DNA of 64,000 bases from Candidatus Sulfomarinibacteraceae bacterium. GTDB taxonomy: Bacteria > Acidobacteriota > Thermoanaerobaculia > Thermoanaerobaculales > Sulfomarinibacteraceae. Positions 18,479-27,429 of the stretch are shown piece after piece. The notes beneath the pieces are model-generated. The model was given only the letters and a program-made list of their open reading frames with translations, searched no databases and was not told where the DNA came from. The translations under genes and the position numbers were made by a program. How positions within the stretch are numbered: the first letter of the stretch is position 1; each line of letters opens with the position of its first letter. The stretch covers positions 256,001 to 320,000 of the forward strand of contig CAWCLO010000004.1 of assembly GCA_963796455.1 (NCBI GenBank). The letters run 5' to 3'.

Positions 18479-20944
18479 ATGCACAGATCGGTTTATCTCG
18501 CGATTGCCACGCTCGTCACACTCTGTACGATCACGATGCCGGTCGGAGCCGCGGACGCGCCGGGGCCGCTGCCGCAGATCGATACCCAGGTCCAGGGACT
18601 GGAAAAACTCGAAGGTCTGCTCACGCTCTATCTGGACCGCCAACGCGGCAAGGTCCTTCTCGAGGTCCCGCCCTCCGACGATCCTGATGTTGGGCATCAG
18701 TTGCTCTACATCGAAGGTCTGGTCACCGGGCTCGGATCCAATGACGTCGGGCTCGACCGCGGTCAGATCGGGCCGGCACGGCTTGTGGGTCTGCGCCGGG
18801 TCGGCGGCCGGGTCCTGGTCGAAGAGGTCAATCTGGGTTACCGGGCCCTGTCGGACGATTCGGACGAACTGCGTGCGGTCCGCCAGTCCTTTGCCCGCTC
18901 GGTTCTCTGGGGCGGTGCCGTGGAAGCCGCGGATGCTGACGGAAGCGTCCTGGTGGATTTCACTTCGTTCATCGTTCGCGATGCACACATGAGCGCTGAT
19001 CGGTTGGAGACAACGGGCCAGGGAACATTTGCGCTCGATGCTTCGCGTAGCGCCGTCGATGTGGATGGCTGTCTCGTCTTTCCGGAAAATGTGGAGTTCG
19101 ACGCAATCCTGACCTTTGGCGGCAAAAAACCGGGTCAATATGTTCGTGAAACGGCGCCGTCTGCCACGTCTGTCACGCTCATCCAACACCACTCCTTTCT
19201 CAAATTGCCCGATGACGGTTATCGACCCCGAGCCTTCGATCCAAGAATGGGGTCCTTTGGAATCGCTTTCTTCGATTACGCCGCGCCGCTCGACCAATCA
19301 ATCGAAAAACGGTGGATTGTTCGTCATCGCCTGGAGAAGATCGACCCGACTGCCGCTCGATCAAAGGTGGTCGAGCCCATCGTCTACTACGTGGATCGCG
19401 GCGTGCCCGAACCGATTCGATCGGCCCTGGTGGAGGGTGCCGGCTGGTGGGCCGAGGCCTTTGACGCCGCCGGTTTCATCGATGCGTACCGGGTCGAGGT
19501 TCTGCCCGAGGGTGTGCACAACCTCGACGCCCGCTACAACGTCATCCAATGGGTCCACCGCTCGACGCGTGGGTGGTCCTATGGCGGCGGCGTCGTCGAT
19601 CCCCGGACCGGCGAGATGATCAAAGGGCATGTTTCTCTGGGATCGTTGCGGGTGCGTCAGGATCGACTGCTCTTCCAGGGTCTCGCCGGTGCCGACGGAA
19701 TCGGAAGCGGAACCCCGGATGATCCGGTGGAGATCGCCTTGGCACGGATCCGCCAGTTGTCGGCTCACGAGGTGGGCCACACTCTCGGTTTCACCCACAA
19801 CTTCGCTGCCAGCACCCGGGATCGTGATTCGGTGATGGACTATCCGGCACCTCTGATCGGGATCGATATCGATGGCGAACTCGACTTCAAGCGGGCCTAC
19901 GGGGTCGGCATGGGCGAGTGGGATCTGCACGCGGTGCGCTGGGCCTATTCGGAGTTTCCGCCCGGGGCGGAGGTGGCGGGGGAGCTCGATACGATCGTTC
20001 GCGATGGCCTCGATGGCGGTCTGTTCATCCTCTCGGATGGCGACGCACGGCCTCCGGGGGCGGCCAACCCCCTTGCCAATCTGTGGGACAACGGCGACGA
20101 CCCGGTCGAACAGCTCGAACACGATCTCGAGGTACGCAGAATTGCCATCGATCGATTCGGTGCGAGTTCGATCCCCGATGGTTCGCCACTGGCCGGGCTC
20201 GAAGCAGTCCTGGTGCCCCTCTATCTCCACCACCGTTACCAGCTCCAGGCTGCGACCAAGGTCATCGGAGGTCTCGACTACCGGCACGTATTGCGAGGCG
20301 ACGGCCAGATCCCGACCGATTTCATCGACCCGGAACGTCAGCGCCGGGCGCTCGATGTGGTGTTGTCGATCCTCGACCCGGAGGTCCTCGATATCCCCGA
20401 ATCGATTCTGGCGATCATTCCGCCGCAAGCCCCGGGCTCCGGTTCGCGGCGCGAGCTCTTTGATGGTGCTGCCGATCCGGTCTTCGATCCACTTGGAGCC
20501 GCAGCCACGGCCGCCCAGATGGTGGTGGTGGGGTTGCTGCAACCCGAGCGAGCCGGACGGCTGGTCGATTTCAATCGACGGGACCCCGAGCAACCGGGTC
20601 TTGAAGCGGTCCTGGATGCGGTGATCGCCCAGGTTTTTGCCAACGCACGTCCTCTGAGCGCGCGGCGCGCGGAAATCCGGCGCGTCGTCCAGACGGTCGC
20701 ACTCGAAGGGCTGATCACCCTTTCGGGGGACGCCGGCGCTTCTCCGGGTGTCAGATCGCGGGTCGACAACCGTCTCAACGCCTTGCGCGGGATGTTGGAG
20801 TCTTCCGCCGAAGGAAATCGAGTCGACGCGGCCAACCGGGCGGCGCTCATCGACCGGATCGACCAGCACCAGGCTGGAACTACGCCGCCGACGCCGGCGC
20901 CCCCGCCGGCCGCCGGGCCGCCGCCGGGAGATCCCATCGGTTGA
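18479..20944 (+). CDS. Secreted Met-zincin zinc metalloprotease (DUF5117/DUF4953-type)
   Basis: Signal peptide, DPRTGEMIKG, HEVGHTLGFTH, Met-turn SVMDY. Confidence 0.92.
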   Translation: MHRSVYLAIATLVTLCTITMPVGAADAPGPLPQIDTQVQGLEKLEGLLTLYLDRQRGKVLLEVPPSDDPDVGHQLLYIEGLVTGLGSNDVGLDRGQIGPARLVGLRRVGGRVLVEEVNLGYRALSDDSDELRAVRQSFARSVLWGGAVEAADADGSVLVDFTSFIVRDAHMSADRLETTGQGTFALDASRSAVDVDGCLVFPENVEFDAILTFGGKKPGQYVRETAPSATSVTLIQHHSFLKLPDDGYRPRAFDPRMGSFGIAFFDYAAPLDQSIEKRWIVRHRLEKIDPTAARSKVVEPIVYYVDRGVPEPIRSALVEGAGWWAEAFDAAGFIDAYRVEVLPEGVHNLDARYNVIQWVHRSTRGWSYGGGVVDPRTGEMIKGHVSLGSLRVRQDRLLFQGLAGADGIGSGTPDDPVEIALARIRQLSAHEVGHTLGFTHNFAASTRDRDSVMDYPAPLIGIDIDGELDFKRAYGVGMGEWDLHAVRWAYSEFPPGAEVAGELDTIVRDGLDGGLFILSDGDARPPGAANPLANLWDNGDDPVEQLEHDLEVRRIAIDRFGASSIPDGSPLAGLEAVLVPLYLHHRYQLQAATKVIGGLDYRHVLRGDGQIPTDFIDPERQRRALDVVLSILDPEVLDIPESILAIIPPQAPGSGSRRELFDGAADPVFDPLGAAATAAQMVVVGLLQPERAGRLVDFNRRDPEQPGLEAVLDAVIAQVFANARPLSARRAEIRRVVQTVALEGLITLSGDAGASPGVRSRVDNRLNALRGMLESSAEGNRVDAANRAALIDRIDQHQAGTTPPTPAPPPAAGPPPGDPIG

Positions 20945-20952
20945 CCTGAAAA

Positions 20953-22110
20953 CTATCCCGGTTTGCCGTCGGGCCGGGGGGTCAGCAGGGTTCTGGTATT
21001 GACCGCCAGATAGAGGGCGAAGGCGAGCATCCACAAAGCGGCCGAGGCGATCAGGATGTTTTTGGTGAGGTCCATCCTCATCCACGGTCCACCGACCCGG
21101 AGGATGGCGCTCGCCGTGATGGCGAAAAATGCGATCGTCATCAGCGGCGAGACCAGCAGCGGGCGTCCGGTGTGACCGAGGGTCACTCGGGCCATCATGC
21201 CGAGGGTCAGAGACCCGATGGCGCCGGCCGTCAGGGCGTGGGTGGCGATGCTCGGTTGGACCGACATGGTGACCGCCGCGACAGCCTTGAGCGCCAGACC
21301 GATCCAGATCCATGCGTGGCCGATGTGGAGGATCCACAGGATCGGTCGTCCGAGGGTCTTCCGTGAGCCCCAGGTCAAGGATCTCCCGAGGACCAGGAGT
21401 CCTGCGATCCCTGCGACGAGCGCCATCAAAATGCCGGTTGGAGCGACGAGTTCGACCAGGGCCACGGCGATCGTGGCGATGATCGCGGCGAGATTGAGGC
21501 CAGGGATGGCTCGAATGCTCTCGTCACCGAGCGCATTTCGGGTAAACAGAGGGACGATTCGGCCGGTGATGATCACCAGGATCACGACGATCAGATCCAC
21601 GGCCACGAGATCGCTGCGCAAAAAGCTCTGCGGCAGGAGTCCAGAAGTCCGGAGGTGGAGGAGGAGATCGCAGATCCATAGGGCGGGCAGAAGGGCGAGG
21701 AACAGGAAGTTCCTTTTACTCCGGCCGAGGATCAGCGGTATTCCGATGGCGATGGTCAGGGCGGGAATGAAACACAGATCGGCGAGGCCGCCGATCGTCG
21801 CGGCGACTCCACCGAGCCCGACCAGACGCCCGAGCAGCCACAAGGCCAGGAGGGCCGCCAGGAATGGTCCGCGGGCGGTGGGCCGGTCGGTCCAGTTCTC
21901 CACCGCGGTCAGGAGAAAGCCGGCAATGATTGCCATGGCGAAGCCGAAGATCATCTCGTGGCTGTGCCAGGAAATGCTCTCCAACCCGGGCTCACCCGTC
22001 ATGGGTTCTGCATAGGTGAAGGCCCAGTAGGGAACCAATCCGATGGCGGCAAGAGATCCAAAGAGAAAAAACGGTCGAAAGCCTTTTTGAAAGAACACGT
22101 GTGATTTCAT
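20953..22110 (-). CDS. nnrS: NnrS family membrane protein (nitrosative stress response)
   Basis: GFRPFFL, WHSHEMIFGF, GFLLTAVENWT, GRIVPLFT, RVTLGHTGR. Confidence 0.92.
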   Translation of the reverse strand: MKSHVFFQKGFRPFFLFGSLAAIGLVPYWAFTYAEPMTGEPGLESISWHSHEMIFGFAMAIIAGFLLTAVENWTDRPTARGPFLAALLALWLLGRLVGLGGVAATIGGLADLCFIPALTIAIGIPLILGRSKRNFLFLALLPALWICDLLLHLRTSGLLPQSFLRSDLVAVDLIVVILVIITGRIVPLFTRNALGDESIRAIPGLNLAAIIATIAVALVELVAPTGILMALVAGIAGLLVLGRSLTWGSRKTLGRPILWILHIGHAWIWIGLALKAVAAVTMSVQPSIATHALTAGAIGSLTLGMMARVTLGHTGRPLLVSPLMTIAFFAITASAILRVGGPWMRMDLTKNILIASAALWMLAFALYLAVNTRTLLTPRPDGKPG

Positions 22111-22160
22111 CCGGCGATTCTAACCCAAGGGCTCAGAGCCCGACCGGTGTATGGTCTGGT

Positions 22161-22961
22161 ATGGCTCGTGTTCATCTCTTCGAATTCCACGACCAGGAGT
22201 GGTTTCCCGCTGTCTGGCGGGATCTTCTGACCGATTTTCTGGCGTTCTTCTTCAAATCCTTCAAGCCGTATCTCTGTGTCAGTCCGATCCTGGCGGATGC
22301 TCTTGAGGAGGTGCCGACAACAGAGATCGTCGATTTGTGTTCGGGTGCCGGTCAGTCGATTCTTTCGCTGTTGCCCGCATTACATCGGGAAAGCTGCAAT
22401 CTGACCTCGGTCACCCTGACCGATAAATTTCCGAATCTGCTGGCTTTCCGATCGGCGGTCGCCCTCGCCAACGGGACGGTTCGGGGCCGGGAAGATTCGA
22501 TTGATGCTGCAGACGTCCCTGAAGGATTGACCGGTTTCCGGACACTGTTCACCAGCCTTCATCACTTCGAACCGAGCGCTGCTCGCAAGATCCTCGCCGA
22601 CGCCGCGAAGAGTGGTCAGGGAATCGGTATTTTCGAGTTCACCGAGCGCAACTGGGCGCTGTGGACCCTTCCGGTGCTGATGATTCCGATCATGATCTGG
22701 CTGGTCACTCCGCTGATTCGTCCGTTCCGGCTGCAGCGCCTGGTTTGGACCTATCTGATTCCGGTGGTGCCGCTGGTTGCCATGTGGGACGGCCTGGTAT
22801 CGAACTTGAGGTCGTACTCGATCGCTGAACTCGAGGCTCTGGTCGAGGGACTTGGAGAGCCCGGCTATGCCTGGCGGGCCGGGCGCGTGCCCTCGATCGG
22901 TCTGAGCCGCGTGACCTATCTCGTCGGCTTTCCCGATCCGATAGAATGTGCGCCACCATGA
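22161..22961 (+). CDS. Class I SAM-dependent methyltransferase-like protein
   Basis: HLFEFHDQEWFP, IVDLCSGAG, LTDKFP, WDGLVSNLRSY. Confidence 0.75.
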   Translation: MARVHLFEFHDQEWFPAVWRDLLTDFLAFFFKSFKPYLCVSPILADALEEVPTTEIVDLCSGAGQSILSLLPALHRESCNLTSVTLTDKFPNLLAFRSAVALANGTVRGREDSIDAADVPEGLTGFRTLFTSLHHFEPSAARKILADAAKSGQGIGIFEFTERNWALWTLPVLMIPIMIWLVTPLIRPFRLQRLVWTYLIPVVPLVAMWDGLVSNLRSYSIAELEALVEGLGEPGYAWRAGRVPSIGLSRVTYLVGFPDPIECAPP

Positions 22962-23878
22962 TCACGGGAGAAACTGGAGACCGGTGTCCCAACTGTTCGG
23001 CGCCCCTGAGCGGACCGTTCTGTTCGTCCTGCGGTCAGCGTCAGCTCGATCTCGATCGCCCTTTCCGCGAGATCGCATCGGAGGCGATGGAGGCCTTTGT
23101 CTCCTTCGACACGCGGATTTTTCGAACTCTGTGGCCGCTGATCAGGCGACCGGGTTTTCTGACCGTTGAATTCTTCGAAGGTCGGCGCGCCCGCTACATC
23201 CATCCCTTCAAGCTCTACTTTGCCTTCAGCGTGATGCTCTTTGTCGGTCTGGCCCTGACCGGTTTCCTCTCCATACGGGTCGGAAACACTGGCAATGACG
23301 GGGATGACGACCAACAGATCGTGAGTATTTTCACCGTTGAAGAGGAGACTGAGCCCGGTGGCGAGAGTCCAGAAGCGGACTCCGGGGAAAGCGGCGAAGC
23401 TGCGACCGACGTGGAGGGCGGCGAGGAGGAGGAAGGGCTGATCGGTCGGGTCCTGCGGCCGCTGGCCGGCATGATCGAAAACGATCCCGACCAACTCAAC
23501 CGGATCTTCACCGAACGGCTGGCGAACTCGATCATCGTTTTGGTGCCGGTCTTCGCCCTGCTCCTGAGGTTCCTCTACTGGGGAATTCCGTACATCAAAC
23601 AGCTCGTCTTTTCTCTCCACCTCCACAGCGCCGCTTTTCTGATCATTCTGGTCGGTCTCGGAATCGACACTGTTCTGAAGGCGGAACCGGGTGAAGGGTG
23701 GGGCAACGCTTTAGGGAGCGTGGTGATCCTGGTCTACACTTTTCTCGCGTTGCGTCGCGTCTACGGCCAGGGAAGGTTTCGCACGGGCTTGAAGATCGTG
23801 GTGCTGCTTCTCGGCTATCTGATCGCCCTGATTCTGACCATGATCATGACCCTGGTCGTGACCGCGCTCACGATCTGA
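22958..23878 (+). CDS. DUF3667-like membrane protein with N-terminal zinc ribbon
   Basis: CPNC..FCSSCGQ, RPGFLT..GRRARYIHPFKLY; ATGA overlap with the upstream gene. Confidence 0.85.
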   Translation: MITGETGDRCPNCSAPLSGPFCSSCGQRQLDLDRPFREIASEAMEAFVSFDTRIFRTLWPLIRRPGFLTVEFFEGRRARYIHPFKLYFAFSVMLFVGLALTGFLSIRVGNTGNDGDDDQQIVSIFTVEEETEPGGESPEADSGESGEAATDVEGGEEEEGLIGRVLRPLAGMIENDPDQLNRIFTERLANSIIVLVPVFALLLRFLYWGIPYIKQLVFSLHLHSAAFLIILVGLGIDTVLKAEPGEGWGNALGSVVILVYTFLALRRVYGQGRFRTGLKIVVLLLGYLIALILTMIMTLVVTALTI

Positions 23879-23931
23879 ACGCCGGATTGTGGTCCGCCGG
23901 CGTGCTCAGAGTCGTCAGTCCGGGCGCGGAC

Positions 23932-24720
23932 TTATTTATCCGACGGGGTCTCGACGGCAATCGTGAAGCTGGTATCGGCCAGGGTTCCGGGAGCATCGGG
24001 CGCGGCCACCACCCAGCCGATGTCCGTCTTGGCCTCCTGATCGAAATAAGATCCGTCGGTGGAGGCCACCTTGACCGCGATCCTGCCGGCGGGTTCGTCG
24101 AGGACGAAAGGCATGAAAAGGTAGATGCGGCCGCTGTCGTCATACCTGCACGCCAGGGTTGCGCCCTCCTTACCGCTGAGGTGGAGCGGGCCGTAGCCCT
24201 CGCGTTGAACCCGAATGCTCACCCGCCGATCGGCGAGGCGGAAATCGGCCCGGCTTCTGCGCTCTTGAATCGGGATCTGGAAATAGACTTCTTCCACCAA
24301 CCATCTGAGGTAGGTGACGAGATCTCCCTCCGACGACCAGAATTGTTTGTCGAATCCGACGCAGCCCGCCCCGCTTGCTGCGAGAAAAGGGTAACGGGCG
24401 CCCCACAGTGGCACCTGGCCATAACTCGAGCCGGCGTGATCGAGGTCCCACGAGGCCGTTCCCGGCAGTTCGATCCGCATTTTCGAACCGTCGGCCTCGC
24501 CGACGAAACGGCCGCCCGGAAATGGCGCCGCCGATAGCAGCAGCATTCCGCGTTCGGGATTGAGCAACGCGATGAAGGCGCCCTCGACCGATGGACAGCC
24601 CGAGGAAGGGTCGCCGGCAACCATCGATGGCCGCAATACCTCTTCGGCTGAGAGAGGCAACACCGCCGCAACGATCAACAGCACCAGGGCAGGCCACGGG
24701 TTGTTGTGGTGGAAGTTCAT
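23932..24720 (-). CDS. Secreted hypothetical protein
   Basis: Signal peptide; fills the gap between neighbouring genes. Confidence 0.6.
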   Translation of the reverse strand: MNFHHNNPWPALVLLIVAAVLPLSAEEVLRPSMVAGDPSSGCPSVEGAFIALLNPERGMLLLSAAPFPGGRFVGEADGSKMRIELPGTASWDLDHAGSSYGQVPLWGARYPFLAASGAGCVGFDKQFWSSEGDLVTYLRWLVEEVYFQIPIQERRSRADFRLADRRVSIRVQREGYGPLHLSGKEGATLACRYDDSGRIYLFMPFVLDEPAGRIAVKVASTDGSYFDQEAKTDIGWVVAAPDAPGTLADTSFTIAVETPSDK

Positions 24721-24778
24721 GGAGAAACCCTACCTCGGGAAAGACCCGGGCACTGTGGCGTGGGTCACTCGCGGGGTC

Positions 24779-25432
24779 CTACTGGTCATATCGTGCGACG
24801 TGCCACGTTTCTGCACGTGCCTTGTCGGCCCAATCGACCATTGGCGGATAGGTCCACAGAGCTTCCATATAGCTCCCGGCCGCTCCCTCGAGGGCGACTC
24901 CATATGTCAGGAACCGGCTCACGATCGGTGCAAAAAAGGCGTCCGCGATTGTGAAGTCGCCGAAGAGAAGATCGCCGCCCTGACCGTGGGATCCTCGGCA
25001 TTCGTTCCAGATCTTCGCGATCCGTTCGATATCCTCCCCGACTCCCTCACCGCTGCCGAGACCGGGGTAGGAGGCGCGTAGATTCATCGGCATGTGTTTG
25101 CGGAGCGGTACGAAGCCCGAATGCATCTCGGCCACCACCGATCGCGCGATCGCCCGTGCGGCCGGTTCCTCCGGCCAGAGGCCGGTTGCGGGCGAGATCT
25201 CGGCCAGGTATTCGCAGATCGCCAACGAGTCCCAAATGAGGAGGTCACCATGGTGGAACGCAGGCACTCGACCGGTCGGCGAGTGACGCAGGATCTGTTC
25301 CTCGGTGTCCACCTGCCCGAGCGGGACGACGATTTCGTCGAATTCCATGCCGGTCGCTTCGAGGGCGAGCCAGGCCCTCAGCGACCAGGACGAGTAGTTT
25401 CGATTGCCGATGATCAAGGTGCCTTGACTCAT
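24779..25432 (-). CDS. Glutathione S-transferase family protein
   Basis: IGNRNYSSWSLRAWL, SPTGRVP, WDSLAICEYLAE, AEMHSGF, FTIADAFFAP. Confidence 0.93.
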   Translation of the reverse strand: MSQGTLIIGNRNYSSWSLRAWLALEATGMEFDEIVVPLGQVDTEEQILRHSPTGRVPAFHHGDLLIWDSLAICEYLAEISPATGLWPEEPAARAIARSVVAEMHSGFVPLRKHMPMNLRASYPGLGSGEGVGEDIERIAKIWNECRGSHGQGGDLLFGDFTIADAFFAPIVSRFLTYGVALEGAAGSYMEALWTYPPMVDWADKARAETWHVARYDQ

Positions 25433-25501
25433 TTTCCCTCCCGAGGCACGAATTCTATCGCAACGTGAATTCTGGGTCATAATTCCATGCGAGGGAGAGC
25501 C

Positions 25502-26101
25502 ATGAACGATGAATTGCGGCGAGAGTTGGTGGCGATGTCGACTCGCGACTCCTTGAAGCGGCAAAGCCTGATCGATTCGAATGATGTCTTTGACGGTTAC
25601 TCGACCGAGATGGAGGAGCTTCACCGAGAGAACGCGCTTCGCCTGGAACAAATCGTCGTGAAGTACGGTTGGCCGGGGATTTTGCTGGTTGGCGAGGATG
25701 GATCGGAGGCGGCCTGGTTGGTCGCTCAGCATGCCATCAGCATGCCCGAATTGCAGCGCCACTTTCTCAGAATGATTCAGGACGCGGTGGCGAGGGAGGA
25801 CGCACCCCAGCGCCACGAGGCCTATCTGCTGGATCGAATTCTCTTCAATCGGGATCAACCCCAGCTCTACGGGTTGGTTTTTGATTGGAATGTCGAAGGC
25901 GAGCTCAGCGCATGGATCGATCAAGATGATCTGGCCGATCAGCGCCGCCGGGAACTGGGCCTGCCAAGCGTCGAGGAAGCCACCCGGCAGGCGCGGCTGG
26001 AGGCAGAGCGCGAAGGTCATCGCCCACCCGAGGACATCGACGAGTATCACCGCAACAGGCGCCGTTGGGCACGTGAGGTGGGCTGGATCGAGGACAGTTG
26101 A
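25502..26101 (+). CDS. DUF6624-like protein
   Basis: YGWPG..VGEDG..AAWLVAQHA, AYLLDR..PQLYG, RRRELGLP. Confidence 0.8.
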   Translation: MNDELRRELVAMSTRDSLKRQSLIDSNDVFDGYSTEMEELHRENALRLEQIVVKYGWPGILLVGEDGSEAAWLVAQHAISMPELQRHFLRMIQDAVAREDAPQRHEAYLLDRILFNRDQPQLYGLVFDWNVEGELSAWIDQDDLADQRRRELGLPSVEEATRQARLEAEREGHRPPEDIDEYHRNRRRWAREVGWIEDS

Positions 26102-26128
26102 AGAGTGGTGAGACCTTTGATCCGCAAT

Positions 26129-26583
26129 CATTGCTGTCCAAGACGGAGTCTCAGACAGCGATCAGGAACAGCGTCAGAGAACAGGATTCAGCGGCAGCGA
26201 TCGTCGTCAGCGTCAGCGACCAGTGGCCGGGACAGCGAACAGCATTCACTTCTTCGGGTTCCGGCCTTTGTGGTGCGGCCGTCTCGGCCGCACGGTGTGC
26301 AGGCGAGACGCCTACACCACAACGGCTGTTCCTTCTGTTGAACCACCCGGAGGAGGCCACTTCGTCGCCTGGACTCCTGATCGCTGCCGCTGAACACTGA
26401 TCGCTGAACCCGGTCGCTGCTCCCTGTCGCTGTCGCTGGAAACTGTCGCTGCCGCTGCAATTCGGGATCGGGATCGAAATCGGGTACGGGCCAACCGCGA
26501 ACCGGATATGCCAAAAACCAACCCGTAAACCACGTGTTGTCAGGTGGCTAACTTCAGGTGGCGATCTGTTTTGGACAGCACTG
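26129..26583. mobile_element. Complete MITE-like non-autonomous element
   Basis: Terminal inverted repeats CATTGCTGTCCAAGACGG / CTGTTTTGGACAGCACTG; flanking 9-bp direct repeat ATCCGCAAT (26120-26128) / ATCCGAAAT (26584-26592); homologous ends at three other loci. Confidence 0.8.
26270..26320. repeat. Inverted doublet of GTGG-type REP hairpins (REPIN-like)
   Basis: GTGGTGCGGCCGTCTCGGCCGCAC-GGT-GTGCAGGCGAGACGCCTACACCAC; near-identical copy at 43374-43424. Confidence 0.85.
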
Positions 26584-26619
26584 ATCCGAAATATTCAATC
26601 CTGAAACTTTGCCTTGATG

Positions 26620-26675
26620 TGGACACCGCGGACAGCGAGAACTATATTAGTCCGTAAGTGAAGACTTACGGACTA
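26620..26675 (+). promoter_or_regulatory. Sigma70-type promoter with palindromic operator over the ArsR start codon
   Basis: TGGACA-N17-TATATT; 12-bp perfect inverted repeat TAGTCCGTAAGT-GAAG-ACTTACGGACTA at 26648-26675. Confidence 0.75.
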
Positions 26676-26981
26676 GTATTCGAAGCTCTGGCGGACCCCA
26701 CCCGGCGCGGGGTATTCGAGGGACTTCGCCGAGGCCCGCGGTCGGTGGGGGACCTCGCTTCGGACCTGCCCGTAAGCCGTCCTGCGGTCTCTCAGCACCT
26801 GAAGGTTCTCAAGGACGCGGGGCTGGTACGGGAAAACAAACGAGGCACCCGGCGCTTCTATGAAATCGATCCTCGCGGTCTGGATCCGATACGAAAGTAC
26901 TTCGATGATTTCTGGGGAGATGTGCTGACTGCATTCGCGGACGCAGTCTCGGCAAAGAAGGGAATGGGCAATGAGTCCTGA
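26658..26981 (+). CDS. ArsR/SmtB family transcriptional regulator
   Basis: [28 protein letters not shown]. Confidence 0.93.
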   Translation: MKTYGLVFEALADPTRRGVFEGLRRGPRSVGDLASDLPVSRPAVSQHLKVLKDAGLVRENKRGTRRFYEIDPRGLDPIRKYFDDFWGDVLTAFADAVSAKKGMGNES

Positions 26982-27423
26982 AAATGTATTCGAGCCGGTC
27001 CGGAAAACTGTTGAGGTCTCGTGCGAGCCTGCCAGGGCATTTCAGATATTCACCGATGAGATGGAAAGCTGGTGGCCCCTGGCGACCCATTCCATCGGTC
27101 AGGAACAAAGCGAAGCCTGCTATTTCGAGGGGCGGAACGGCGGCAGGATCTTCGAAACCCACAATGATGGATCGATCCATCTCTGGGGGACCGTCACCGT
27201 CTGGGAGCCTCCGTCGCGGGTGATATTTGCGTGGCATCCGGGGCGCGATGCCGCGACCGCTCAGGAGGTGGAGTTGCGCTTTGAATCCGCCGGCGGTGGG
27301 ACGCGCATTGAGCTCGAACACCGTGGCTGGGAGATCCTCGGCGACGAGGCCGAAGAAATCCGTGACGGCTACGAGACGGGCTGGGTCCCGGTCCTCGCCC
27401 GCTACGTCGAATCGTGCTCCTGA
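26971..27423 (+). CDS. SRPBCC/AHSA1 (START-fold) protein
   Basis: AFQIFT..SWWP, WGTVTVWEPPSRVIFAW, GTRIELEH, GW. Confidence 0.88.
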   Translation: MSPENVFEPVRKTVEVSCEPARAFQIFTDEMESWWPLATHSIGQEQSEACYFEGRNGGRIFETHNDGSIHLWGTVTVWEPPSRVIFAWHPGRDAATAQEVELRFESAGGGTRIELEHRGWEILGDEAEEIRDGYETGWVPVLARYVESCS

Positions 27424-27429
27424 ATCAAC

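Noticed and set aside
15575..21337. Long antisense ORFs (705 aa, 658 aa; also 29994-31346 and 45373-47049)
   Set aside because: Shadow frames of well-supported genes in GC-rich DNA with no recognisable motifs
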